From assembly GCA_964016885.1 (NCBI GenBank), contig OZ024761.1, positions 5,456,001 through 5,520,000 of the forward strand: DNA of 64,000 bases, in the 5' to 3' direction. This document shows, piece after piece, positions 13,135 to 26,598 of the stretch (within the stretch, counting starts at the first letter, position 1; the number at the start of each line of letters is the position of its first letter). The stretch is from Eledone cirrhosa (lineage: Eukaryota). Made by a program: the position numbers and the translations under genes. The notes under the pieces were generated by a model. The model was given only the letters and a program-made list of their open reading frames with translations, was not told the DNA's origin and searched no databases.

Positions 13135-13483
<349 letters not shown>

Positions 13484-13606
13484 ATAGAATAAGAATTTTA
13501 TTTCTCGCTCTAGCGCAGCTGATACATAAATGTAAGTGTGCGCGCGCACACACACACACACACACACACATATATAGTTATGAAATAAACAACATAAGAT
13601 AATTGT

Positions 13607-13664
13607 TTCAGTTACCAGTGGTTTCTTGAAGGCAGATGTGTCTGTCTTCAGTCGTCAGAATGAA
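13607..13664 (-). ncRNA. Type I hammerhead ribozyme motif (family H2)
   Basis: Minus strand TTCATT-CTGACGA-C-TGAAGACAGA(CACA)TCTGCCTTCA-A-GAAA-CCACTGG-TA-ACTGAA; one stem I mismatch and a C.A pair at the base of stem II. Confidence 0.65.
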
Positions 13665-13782
13665 TAAATAACATGGTGTTTTTATTAAATATGGATTTGA
13701 AAACAAAATTTAGGAAATATGAAAGGGAGGCTGAATAAAACGGGCGAAAAGGAAATAGGGGGAAAAATATATAAATAAATAT

Positions 13783-14409
13783 GGCATACGTCAAGACGGG
13801 CGGTCTCAAAAGTGAAACTAATTTGTGACAGTTACAATTCATACAAATGTGTATGTGTGCATAAATATATATATACATACACATTTTACGTCTGTAAGTA
13901 TAGATTTAATATTTAAAATTCTCTAGATCGATACAGACGGACTATATGTACTTGAATTAAGGTATTTCTATCTGGCTAAAAAATTATTGTCATTTTTCAA
14001 AAAAAAAAAACACAGTAGTGTTGATCATATATTTTTTTTAATTATTTTTTAAATTATAATGTAATGCTCAGAAGTATTTTCTTAGAGCTTAATATTTGTA
14101 ACTGACTACTAAACTGAAATATATATACACATATATATATATACAGACACATATATATACACACAAACACACATATATATACACAAACATATATATACGT
14201 CTAAACCCATGCTTGCGTGGAAGATAGACGTTAAACGATGATGATGACACAAACACATATATATATACAAACACACATATATATATACATACACACACAC
14301 ATATATATACACACATATACACACCCACACATATATATATATTAAGAAATCCATACAATTGCGTGTATCGTAACTTTCACTTTTCAGACCGCCCGTCTTG
14401 ACGTATGCC
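13783..14409. mobile_element. MITE-like element with ~35-bp terminal inverted repeats
   Basis: GGCATACGTCAAGACGGGCGGTCTCAAAAGTGAAA ... TTTCACTTTTCAGACCGCCCGTCTTGACGTATGCC; contains a nested RTE-tail fragment near 14200-14247. Confidence 0.65.
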
Positions 14410-14491
14410 AATATATATAAACAAATAAATATCCAGACAATACACTCAATACATACACTCAACTACGCGTATATACGTAATAGTACGTATG

Positions 14492-14673
14492 TGTTATATC
14501 GAACATTAATAATTGTTTCTACTTTTGGCACAAGGCCAGCAAATATCCAGTGTATTACTGGTACTTTATTTTATCGACCCCGTAAGGATGATAAAATAAA
14601 GTACCAGTAATGCACTGAGTAATTGCTGGCCTTGTGCCAAAAGTAGAAATAATTATTAATGTTCGATATAACA
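14492..14673. repeat. Fold-back of a SINE 3' tail
   Basis: TTTCTACTTTTGGCACAAGGCCAGC..GTACTTTATTTTATC followed by its reverse complement with several mismatches. Confidence 0.8.
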
Positions 14674-14975
14674 TCACCACCATAGCCACTACCACCACCA
14701 CAGCAGCCACTACCACCACTACCACCGCCACCACAACAGCCACTACCACCACCACCACAGCCACTGCCACCACCACCACTACCACCACCACAGCAGCCAC
14801 TACCACTACCACCACCACCACAACAGTCACTACCACCACCGCAACAATCACTACCACCACCACAACAGTCACTACCACCACCACCGCCACCACAACAGTC
14901 ACTTCCACCACCACCACCACTACAACCACCACCACCACCACAACCACCACCACTACAACCACCACCACCACACAG

Positions 14976-15008
<33 letters not shown>

Positions 15009-15881
15009 GGAATATGTCATGGAGAGAGCTGTAGGTTAGAGTAACCGTGACTGCTTTTTTGTCTGGTTAAGGTCGACAGTCAACCCTAACCCCACCCTAA
15101 CTCTCTTCCCATCATGAGAGGGGTGACAGACTTTTAAGGGGTTAGAGAACGACACAAGTGGGGCTTGTGTTGGTAGTAGTGGTGGAGGTGGTGTTGGTTG
15201 TATCGGTGGTGGTGGTGGTGGTAGTGGTAGTAGTGTTGGTGGTGGTGGTGGTGGTAGTGGTGTTGGTGGAGGATGAGGTGGTAGTAGTGGTGGAGGAGGT
15301 GGTGGTGGTATTGGTAGTGCTGGTGGTGGTAGTAGTGTTGGTGGTAGTGGTGGTAGTGATGGTAGTAGTGTTGGTGATGATGGTGGTGGTGGTAGTAGTA
15401 GTGTTGGTGATGGTGGTGGTAGTAGTGTTGGTGGTAGTGGTGGTAGTAGTGTTGGTGGTGGTAGTGGTGGTAGTGGTAGTGGTGGTAGTAGTGTTGGTGA
15501 TGGTGGTGGTGATAGTGGTGGTAGTAGTGTTGGTGATGGTGGTGGTAGTAGTGTTGGTGGTGGTGGTGGTAGTAGTAGTAGTGTTGGTGGTGGTGGTAGT
15601 AGTGTTGGTGATGGTGGTGGTAGTGGTGGTGATAGTGGTGGTAGTAGTGTTGGTGACGGTGGTAGTGGTGGTGGTAGTAGTGGTGGTAGTAGTGTTGGTG
15701 ATGGTGGAGGTGATAGTGGTGGTAGTAGTGTTGGTGATGGTGGTGGTGGAGGTGAACACTTATCCTCATTTACTCAGCAGATGTTTCCTGATAACAACAG
15801 CAACGTTGTGGTCCCCCCCCCCCCCTCACATATCATATGACGGAAGTAATTTCGAAAGATAGTACAACACAGTCATACATA

Positions 15882-16239
15882 CAGTTGTCCCCCAGTATTC
15901 GCGGGGCTTACGTTCCCACAGCAACCGCCAAGAGTGAACAATCGCGAATACTGGACGTGGTCTATAAAAATGCCTATAAACATCAAAACATAACGTAAAA
16001 TATAATAAAAAAAAAAAAGAGGAGCGTCTTATGCGAAGGGGCGTCCAATAGGCCGGCAAATACGGTATATTGTTATTAATTTAACGTTAAAAATATATAT
16101 TGCCACGAAAAATATCATAGAATATCGCGGAAGATATTTACGATTCCGCGAATATGCGGTGGTTTCCACGCACGATTATTAGTTAGGGTCTAGGGAAAAT
16201 TCCGCGAATAACCGGGACGGCGAATGTCGAGGTACGCTG
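15882..16239 (+). mobile_element. Tigger/pogo-like MITE, full length
   Basis: TA-CAGTTGTCCCCCAGTATTCGCG ... GCGAATGTCGAGGTACGCTG-TA: imperfect TIR with TA target duplication; three copies in the window. Confidence 0.7.
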
Positions 16240-16331
16240 TATATAATTGCACACACATAAATATATACACACATACAAGAATATAGACACAAATACAAAT
16301 ATATATACATACAAATATATACATACACACA

Positions 16332-17360
16332 GGTGGCGAATTGGCAGAGTTGTTAGAACGTCAGATAGAATGGTAGAGTGGTGAGAACGTCAGATAGAAT
16401 GGTAGAGTTGTTAGAACGTCAGATAGAATGGTAGCGTTGTTAGAACGTCAGATAGAATGGCAGAGTGGTTAGAACCTCAGATAGAATGGTAGAGTTGTTA
16501 GAACGTCAGATAGAATGGTAGAGTTGTTAGAACGTCAGATAGAATGGTAGAGTTGTTAGAACGTCAGATAGAATGGTAGCGTTGTTAGAACATCTGATAG
16601 AATGGCAGAGTGGTTAGAACCTCAGATAGAATGGTAGAGTTGTTAGAACGTCAGATAGAATGGTAGAGTTGTTAGAACGTCAGATAGAATGGTAGAGTTG
16701 TTAGAACGTCAGATAGAATGGTAGAGTTGTTAGAACGTCAGATAGAATGGTAGAGTGGTTAGAACGTCAGATAGAATGGTAGAGTGGTTAGAAGGTCAGA
16801 TAGAATGGTAGAGTGGTTAGAACGTCAGATAGAATGGTAGAGTGGTTAGAAGGTCAGATAGAATGGTAGAGTGGTTAGAACGTCAGATAGAATGGTAGAG
16901 TGGTTAGAACGTCAGATAGAATGGTAGCGTTGTTAGAACGTCAGATAGAATGGCAGAGTGGTTAGAACGTCAGATAGAATGGTAGAGTGGTTAGAACGTC
17001 AGATAGAATGGTAGAGTGGTTAGAACGTCAGATAGAATGGTAGAGTTGTTAGAACGTCAGATAGAATGGTAGAGTTGTTAGAACGTCAGATAGAATGGTA
17101 GAGTTGTTAGAACGTCAGATAGAATGGTAGAGTTGTTAGAACGTCAGATAGAATGGTAGAGTGGTTAGAACGTCAGATAGAATGGTAGAGTGGTTAGAAC
17201 GTCAGATAGAATGGTAGAGTGGTTAGAACGTCAGATAGAATGTTTTATGGTGTTAGTTCCGACTCTCTGCTCTGTGAGTTCAAATCCTGCCGAGGTCAAC
17301 TTTGCCTTTCATCATTTAAGGTCGATAAAAGAAGTACCAGTCAAAAACTGGTGTCGATTC
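16332..17360 (+). mobile_element. tRNA-derived SINE with a 29-bp head segment amplified ~30x
   Basis: GGTGGCGAATTGGCAGAG start, array of GTTAGAACGTCAGATAGAATGGTAGAGT(T/G), then B box GAGTTCAAATCC and the CGAGGTCAACTTTGCCTTTCATC body. Confidence 0.85.
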
Positions 17361-18699
17361 TTTCTCTATATCTCTGTATAGGGAGAGGAGAAAGGCTCCA
17401 CCAGGGTTTAAAAGGCTCTAGAAACACTGTATGTCACCATGGCACCCTACGACAGACACACACACACCTATATATGCATAATCGATAAGTTCTGTTCTAT
17501 AAATGGTGATCACAATATCTTTGATTGACAACTGTATATATATAACTTTCACCACCAGACAGTGGTGGTGATGGTGGTGTTAGTGACGGTGGTGGTGATG
17601 AGGGTGATGAGGGTGGTGTTAGTGACGGTGGTGGTGGTGGTGTGGTGGCAGTGGTGTTGGTGCTGATGGTGGTGGTGGTAGTGGTGGTGTACTGATGGTG
17701 GTGGTGGTAGATGTGGTGTGCTGGTAGTGGTGGCAGTAGTGGTGGTGGTGGTGGTGGTGGTAGTGTAGTGGTGGTGGTGGTAGTGTGGTAGTGATGGTGG
17801 TGGTAGTAGTGGTGTAGTGGTAGTGTGGTGGTAGTGGTGGTAGTGTGGTTGTAGTGGTGGTAGTGGTGGTAGTGTGGTTGTAGTGGTGGTAGTGTGGTTG
17901 TAGTGGTGGTAGTGTGGTTGTAGTGGTGGTAGTGTGGTTGTAGTGGTGGTAGTGTGGTTGTAGTGGTGGTAGTGTGGTTGTAGTGGTGGTAGTGTGGTTG
18001 TAGTGGTGGTAGTGTGGTTGTAGTGGTGGTAGTGGTGGTAGTGTGGTTGTAGTGGTGGTAGTGGTGGTAGTGTGGTGGTAGTGGTGGTGTATTAAGTTTG
18101 TTGCCAAAATCAGGAGCCGTGAGACGAGAGATGAAATGTTGCTGAAAACAATTTTACAATATTGGCAAAGAACTAAAGTTGGCTGTGTGTGTATGTGTGT
18201 GTATGCGTATGTGTGTGTATGTGACGTGTGTGTGTGTGTATGTGACGTGTGTGTGTGTGTATGTGTGTGACGTGTGTGTGTGTATGTGACGTGTGTGTGT
18301 ATGTTACATATGTGTGTGTCGTGTGTATGTGTATGTGTTCCATATATGTGTATGTGTGTGTGTATATGTTACATATATGTGGGTATGTGTGTGTGTGTAT
18401 ATGTGTGTAAATGTTACATATATGTGGGTATGTGTGTGTGTGTATATGTTACATATATGTGGGTATGTGTGTGTGTGTATATGTTACATATATGTGTGCA
18501 TATCTGTGACTCTTGTGTGTATCTATGTGTTACATATGTGGGTATGTCTGTGACGTGTGTGTGTGTGTTACATATACATATGTGTGTATGTCTATGACAT
18601 GTATGTGTGTGTGTATCTATGACACACACACACACACACGTGTGAGTGTATGTATATGTGTTTATCACATATACATATGTCTGTGTGTATGTACATAAA

Positions 18700-19052
18700 G
18701 ACGACAGCTGTATAAAATAGTGCAGGGCGATCAAAATAGACGGAAGTTAAGGAGTAGGTAGACCCAGAAAAACCTGGGACGATCTGATAAAATCCGACCT
18801 CACACACTTGCACCTCTCTAAGACAATGTCACTGGACCGAGATCTTTGGCGCTACGCAGTAATACAGAAGACCTGCATTGCCTAAGTACAAAGCGAAACC
18901 TACAGTGAGTAGGCACCTCATAACCAAATATACACCCCATCCCATTACCCCAACTCCACCCCACCGCCATCTACACCACCCTTTCTCTGTAAAGTTATGT
19001 TGGTACCACAACATCCAGTCCTAAATAAATGAGGTTGTGTAGGTGTCATGAC

Positions 19053-19088
<36 letters not shown>

Positions 19089-19386
19089 GTCCACGCTGTA
19101 ATGTGGTCGTGTAGGTAACACGGTAAAAACCTCACAGTCCATGCGGTAACGTGGCCGTGTAGGGTAGGTAACACGGTAAAAATCTCACAGTCCACACTGT
19201 AATGTGGTTGGTGTTAGGAAGGGCATCGCTGGATGCCCTTCCTAACACCAACCACAGAAAACCTGCCAGATAATCCTATACGAGTGTGACATGGTCACCT
19301 GACCAACCTTCCCTCAAGTGGGACAACTCCCGCCTAAACCCATGCTAGCGTGGAAGATAGACGTTAAACGATGATGATGATGATGA
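18700..19386 (+). mobile_element. RTE-like LINE 3' end (decayed ORF end, 3' UTR and (GAT)n tail)
   Basis: 18721-18885 translates CRAIKIDGS*GVGRPRKTWDDLIKSDL..MSLDRDLWRYAV, the GRPRKTW..DR..WR terminus typical of RTE reverse transcriptases; ends GACGTTAAAC(GAT)n. Confidence 0.75.
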
Positions 19387-19396
19387 CACATAAACT

Positions 19397-19441
<45 letters not shown>

Positions 19442-19454
19442 TTCTAGTCGATCG

Positions 19455-19827
<373 letters not shown>

Positions 19828-19941
19828 AAGGGGAACAAAACAGAGAGGCAGTACGAACAAAGGTTTATTAGTTTCACGCTCTTGAGAGTGGGGTGGTGTG
19901 GGTGTATATATATATATATACACACACATAAAGAATATTAA

Positions 19942-20087
<146 letters not shown>

Positions 20088-20145
20088 CATATATATATAT
20101 ATATAATATATATATATATATAATATATATATATATATAATATAT

Positions 20146-20197
<52 letters not shown>

Positions 20198-20282
20198 AGG
20201 AGAAAAAATAGAAAATACCAAGATTTCAGACAGGAGAACCTGACTGCAGTAAATATAGGACTGACTAGAGAACATATTGAAA

Positions 20283-20317
<35 letters not shown>

Positions 20318-20320
<3 letters not shown>

Positions 20321-20432
20321 AAAAAGTATGACCCCGACGGCAGAGCTCAAGCCGTTTCAACGGCTATTTCTGGACCAGAAATAGCCGTCGAAACAGCTTG
20401 AGCTCTGCCGTCGGGGTCATACTTTTTCCTAT
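20318..20432. repeat. Fold-back of the H5 hammerhead 3' half
   Basis: AGGAAAAAGTATGACCCCGACGGCAGAGCTCAAGCCGTTTC..CTGG followed by its reverse complement with two mismatches. Confidence 0.85.
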
Positions 20433-20441
20433 TTCCCACTC

Positions 20442-20551
20442 CATTATCTGTCCTATATTTTGATTTCATTTTTGGTCTGAGAGGCATTTGATATGTTAAT
20501 GGGAACTGGGAATACCCCCCCACTCCCGGGTATTACCGGGTACTTTAGCTA

Positions 20552-20623
<72 letters not shown>

Positions 20624-20652
20624 TAGCTAAAGTACCCGGTAATAACCGGGAG
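20442..20652 (+). mobile_element. Helitron family B 3' end plus an inverted copy of its terminal hairpin across (TA)n
   Basis: CCCGGGTATTACCGGG hairpin followed by CTAG|T; matches the 3' end of 45626-46140. Confidence 0.75.
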
Positions 20653-20706
20653 TGCGTACATAGAGCACTCTCTTTTCCTGTACCTTTCCTACGGAAATAC
20701 TTCATT

Positions 20707-20741
<35 letters not shown>

Positions 20742-20877
20742 AAATGAAGTATTTCCGTAGGAAAGGTACAGGAAAAGAGAGTGCTCTATGTACGCTACAG
20801 AGCTTATTAGTTACGTAATAACTAATAAACCACATAAGATAATTATTTCATTTACCAGTGGTTTACCATGTTATTTA

Positions 20878-20935
20878 TTCATTCTGACGACTGAAGACAG
20901 ATATGAATACCTTCAAGAAACCACTGGTAAATGAA
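20878..20935 (+). ncRNA. Type I hammerhead ribozyme motif (family H2)
   Basis: TTCATT-CTGACGA-C-TGAAG..CTTCA-A-GAAA-CC(ACT)GG-TA-AATGAA; perfect 6-bp stem I and GUA triplet. Confidence 0.72.
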
Positions 20936-21329
20936 ATAATTATCTTATGTTGTTTATTACATAACTAAATATAAATAAATAAATAAATATATGTGTGTGT
21001 GTGTGTGTGTAATTGGAAGAGGCTATGTAGCCGGTATGAGTGTCAGACACACTCAGTTGCGGCATACACACACATCCACAGGTAAATATATAAACAGACA
21101 CAGGCAAGAGAAGGGCAAACCCACACACCTTATACATATTCATAAATAGACACATTATAAAAATAATTATTACATATACACACATCTATGTAATGATTGA
21201 GGAAGGAAGGGGCTGGTGAAACACTGTAGCGAATGTGTGTTGCGCCCGTTTTCGGTTTACCGGCTACATAGCCTATATATATATATAGTGTGTGTATATA
21301 TATATATATATAGTGTGTGTGTATATATA

Positions 21330-21369
<40 letters not shown>

Positions 21370-21372
<3 letters not shown>

Positions 21373-21466
21373 CTGTTTCTACTTTTGGCACAAGGCCAGC
21401 AATTACCCAGTGTATTACTGGTACTAGCCTATATATATATATAGTGTGTGTATATATATATATATA

Positions 21467-21514
<48 letters not shown>

Positions 21515-22109
21515 CTGTTTCTACTTTTGGCACAAGGCCAGCAATTACCCCAGTGTATTACTGGTACTTTATTTTATCGACCCCGTGAAGATTATATATA
21601 TATAGTGTGTGTATATATATATAGTGTGTGTATATATATGTGTGTGTATATATATATATATATACATATAACTGTTTCTACTTTTGGCACAAGGCCAGCA
21701 ATTACCCCAGTGTATTACTGGTACTTTATTTTATCGACCCCGTGAAGATTATATATATATAGTGTGTGTATATATATATAGTGTGTGTATATATATGTGT
21801 GTGTATATATATATATATATACATATAACTGTTTCTACTTTTGGCACAAGGCCAGCAATTACCCCAGTGTATTACTGGTACTTTATTTTATCGACCCCGT
21901 GAAGATTATATATATATAGTGTGTGTATATATATATAGTGTGTGTATATATATGTGTGTGTATATATATATATATATACATATAACTGTTTCTACTTTTG
22001 GCACAAGGCCAGCAATTACCCCAGTGTATTACTGGTACTTTATTTTATCGACCCCGTGAAGATTATATATATATAGTGTGTGTATATATATATAGTGTGT
22101 GTATATATA

Positions 22110-22150
<41 letters not shown>

Positions 22151-22880
22151 CTGTTTCTACTTTTGGCACAAGGCCAGCAATTACCCCAGTGTATTACTGG
22201 TACTTTATTTTATCGACCCCGTGAAGATTATATATATATAGTGTGTGTATATATATATAGTGTGTGTATATATATGTGTGTGTATATATATATATATATA
22301 TACATATAACTGTTTCTACTTTTGGCACAAGGCCAGCAATTACCCCAGTGTATTACTGGTACTTTATTTTATCGACCCCGTGAAGATTATATATATATAG
22401 TGTGTGTATATATATATAGTGTGTGTATATATATGTGTGTGTATATATATATATATATATACATATAACTGTTTCTACTTTTGGCACAAGGCCAGCAATT
22501 ACTCCAGTGTATTACTGGTACTTTATTTTATCGACCCCGTGAAGATTATATATATATAGTGTGTGTATATATATATAGTGTGTGTATATATATGTGTGTG
22601 TATATATATATATATATACATATAACTGTTTCTACTTTTGGCACAAGGCCAGCAATTACCCCAGTGTATTACTGGTACTTTATTTTATCGACCCCGTGAA
22701 GATTATATATATATAGTGTGTGTATATATATATAGTGTGTGTATATATATGTGTGTGTATATATATATATATACATATAACTGTTTCTACTTTTGGCACA
22801 AGGCCAGCAATTACCCCAGTGTATTACTGGTACTTTATTTTATCGACCCCGTGAAGATGAAAGGCAAAGTCAACCTCTGC
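21370..22880. repeat. ~157-bp tandem array (~10 copies) of SINE 3' tail plus TA/TG microsatellite
   Basis: AACTGTTTCTACTTTTGGCACAAGGCCAGCAATTACCCCAGTGTATTACTGGTACTTTATTTTATCGACCCCGTGAAGAT recurs with a 157-163 bp period. Confidence 0.95.
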
Positions 22881-22979
22881 GGGGTAAATGTGGTAAGGAA
22901 CCAGATGCACCATCCCACTCCCCACCCTCTCCTACCACTTGAAAAGATATAAATACCACAACATTTATTTTGGAAAGCC

Positions 22980-23030
22980 AGATTCCTGATGATTTCTAAA
23001 GAATGAAACAGTTCTAGTCCTGTAGAATCT
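22980..23030 (+). ncRNA. Type I hammerhead ribozyme motif (family H3)
   Basis: AGATTC-CTGATGA-T-TTC(TAAA)GAA-T-GAAA-CAG(TTCTAGTC)CTG-TA-GAATCT; U.U at the base of stem II. Confidence 0.72.
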
Positions 23031-23153
23031 CATCTATATTAAAACTATATATATATATATATATATTTAGAAAGTGAACCGCTCTGTTTGATACATAGAG
23101 TATTCTTTTTTCCTTTGCTTTTTCTTCGGAAATACTTAACATATATATGTATG

Positions 23154-23197
<44 letters not shown>

Positions 23198-23289
23198 GAT
23201 ATATATATATACACAGGGTGTCCCCAAAAATGTATATTTACTTCAACAGCATTCTAATAAATATTGCCCGGACAGGTAATCAGTGTATA

Positions 23290-23386
<97 letters not shown>

Positions 23387-23435
23387 GTGTGTGTGTGTGT
23401 ATATATATATGTGTGTGTGTGTGTGTGTATATATA

Positions 23436-23468
<33 letters not shown>

Positions 23469-23515
23469 GTGTGTGTGTGTATGTGTGTGTGTGTATATAT
23501 ATATATGTGTGTGTG

Positions 23516-23564
<49 letters not shown>

Positions 23565-23637
23565 GTGTGTGTGTATATATATGCGTGTGTGGGTCTGTAT
23601 ATGTATGTAGTATAAATATAATATTCACATGTGTGTG

Positions 23638-23698
<61 letters not shown>

Positions 23699-23809
23699 AT
23701 GTATGTAGTATAAATATAATATTCACATGTCTGTATGTGTATATATATATATATGTGTGTGTGTGTATATGTATGTAGTATAAATATAATATTCACATGT
23801 CTGTGTATG

Positions 23810-23850
<41 letters not shown>

Positions 23851-23891
23851 ATGTATGTAGTATAAATATAATATTCACATGTCTGTATGTG

Positions 23892-23922
<31 letters not shown>

Positions 23923-23963
23923 ATGTATGTAGTATAAATATAATATTCACATGTCTGTATGTG

Positions 23964-24002
<39 letters not shown>

Positions 24003-24089
24003 ATGTAGTATAAATATAATATTCACATGTCTGTATGTGTGTATATATATATGTGTGTGTGTGTCTGTATATGTATGTAGTATAAATAT

Positions 24090-24275
24090 AACTGTTTCTA
24101 CTTTTAGCACAAGGCCAGCAATTACCAAGTACATTACTGGTACTTTACTTTATCGACCCCATAGGGATGAAAGGCAAAGTTAACCTCGGCGGGATTTGAA
24201 CTCAGAATGGCAAGGGCCGTAACTCTATGCGTCAAAGCATGGCGTCCGACCCTCTACCGATACTGCCAATCCACA
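24090..24275 (-). mobile_element. tRNA-derived SINE (most abundant family in the window), full length
   Basis: Minus strand GTGGATTGGCAGTATCGGTAGAG head, GAGTTCAAATCCC B box, GGCCTTGTGCTAAAAGTAGAAAC tail. Confidence 0.85.
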
Positions 24276-25419
24276 TTCACATGTGTGTCTGTGTGTGTAT
24301 ATATATATATGTCTGTATATGTATGTAGTATAAATATAATATTCACATGTCTGTGTATCTGTAGCGTCTGTCAACTGTGATCCAGGCCATGCTGTAGTAT
24401 CATCATATATTTCAACTTTCTCCATTGTTCTAAATGGGTCGTCTGCAGATTAAATATCTTTTTGTTTGAAAACCTCTCTATATACATCTTCACGTGTGTA
24501 TATATATATATCAAAGTGTAGAAATATATAGTTTTAACAATTATTAATGTTTATATACTTTGAAATGTTGCTTTGTCAGTAACCGGAAGTGTATTGTGAT
24601 TGGTCAATTGTAATAGGAGTGACTTAAGTGGTTATTGTTTAGCCCTGGGTCAGCTTGGATCGAGTCGGTTAATGTGATCAAAGACATTCCAGTCGTGTCA
24701 TTCCTGTGGTTTTATGCTGACATGCCTACACCAGTCTGGGTAGACATGTCTTGCACTTTTTATGACATCTGGGAGTGATTTCAAGGAGATTGGGCTGCTA
24801 TTTCTAGCAGAATTTATAACCTCATACAGCTCCGCCTCTCTTTCTCCAAGTGTTTTTTCAACAGGCGTGATTGTATTGTGAGGGAGGAGGGTGGTGGTGG
24901 TGATAGTGGAGGTGGTGGTGGTGGTGGTGGTGCGGGTGATGGCGTTGGTGGTGAGGGTGGTAGTGGTGGTGGTAGTTGTGGTGGTGCGGGTGATGGTGGT
25001 GCGGGTGATGGCGTTGGTGGTGAGGGTGGTAGTGGTGGTGGTGGTTGTGGTGGTGCGGGTGATGGTGTTGGTGGTGGAGTTGATGGGGAGAAGGTGAAGG
25101 TGATGGTGGTGACGATGGTGGTGGTGGTGATGGTTTTACGAAAGCCGTTATACATTGAGTGGTAGTGATAGTGGTGGTGGCGGTGGTGGTGGTTTTAAGA
25201 AAGCCGTTATACATTGAGTGGTGGTGGTGGCGGTGTGTATTGTAGGGTGGGTAGAGGCGGGAGTAGTTGAGAAACAAATTTGAAATTAATAGAAAGTAGG
25301 TTAAGGGAGGTGGAAATGGAAGGAGCAAAGAAAACGAAATGGCGTGTCCACACACACACACAATATACGCGTGTGTGTGTGTGTGTGTGTGTGTGTATAG
25401 AAAATTTGCCAAACAAAGG

Positions 25420-25905
25420 ACTGTGAGCAGTGCCGAATTTACCCCCGTTGGCCAGGAGAACCCCATCTTCCTGCCCTCCAAAGTTTTCACCTCTTTCAAG
25501 GCCCTAGCAAGGCGCCTTATAACCTAACTATCACAGGGCCTCATTTGTCCTAAATCCGGCACGAATTGGGGGGACCATTCAGTTGTGTAAAGAGCATGAC
25601 AACCTCCGCAGCAAATCAGCAGTGCAGGGACAAAGGATGCCAGAGGTCCCGACGGAGACCCGTTCAAAGAGGAAACTGTCGGTGAGTCCTTGGTATTTGA
25701 CTACCTTCATCGCCCCTGCATTGCAGGCGGCGGAGCTTGGGTTTATGTCTGAAGAAGTGACAAAGCTGGAGGCGAAGGACGAGTCACTGCACTTTGCGTC
25801 CCTCAAAAGGGAAGGAGAGAGGGTTACTCCGTCGGAGTGCTTACCAGTGCCACGGTCGAGGCCAGCCTGCCCCAATTGTGACGGGAAATCAGCGGTGTAA
25901 AGAGT
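25420..25905 (-). mobile_element. Decayed non-LTR retrotransposon C-terminus (restriction-like endonuclease, CRE-like)
   Basis: GLDRGTGKHSDGVTLSP..SAACNAGAMKVVKYQGL..FLFERVSVGTSG resembles the GKRPDG.T..P..AA..K..KY..L..F.P.A.ET.G pattern. Confidence 0.65.
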
Positions 25906-26060
25906 GGAGGACCAGCCTGCCCCCAAGGAATTCTTTCGATATTTTTGATATCCTTGAACATCCATTCTCAGAACGGATGGCTGAAGATTGGGAATTGTTA
26001 GTTTCTGTTGCCTAATTTAATTTACTGAGTATACCGACCTAACACAGTACTTCTAAGGTA

Positions 26061-26112
<52 letters not shown>

Positions 26113-26243
26113 AGAAGTTATATTTAATTTGTTGGGATACAACAAGCAAAATATTTTTATAACTGATATAAAGCACTCAACAAATTATTGGAGTAAAAAT
26201 ACAATATATTAACAAATGGAAACTATATTTATAAAACCATATT

Positions 26244-26308
26244 TATTTCATTATACATATTTCAAGGACACCAAGTCAAATTATGGTGCGCTTTCATCAG
26301 ATAAAATA
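26244..26308 (-). ncRNA. Minimal type I hammerhead motif (family H1)
   Basis: Minus strand TATTTTAT-CTGATGA-AAGCGCACCA..TGGTGTCCTT-GAAA-T(ATGT)A-TA-ATGAAATA. Confidence 0.75.
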
Positions 26309-26386
26309 TAATATAGATCAGTTTTATAAATAAATATTGACATACCCTTAAAGAATGCAACCATTTCTGTTGGAAGCTCCCGGATA

Positions 26387-26429
<43 letters not shown>

Positions 26430-26598
26430 GTATAATAAACAATACAATATAATTACCTTGTATTATAATTATATTGTATTAGTTAACTTTGCCTTTCATC
26501 CTTACGGGGTCGATAAAATAAAGTACCAGTAATACACTGGGTAATTTGCTGGCCTTGTGCCTTACGTAGAAACAATTATAATTATATTGTATTGTTTA

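Noticed and set aside
16341-17240. 29-bp direct repeat array of CRISPR-like length
   Set aside because: Units are contiguous with no spacers and derive from a SINE head
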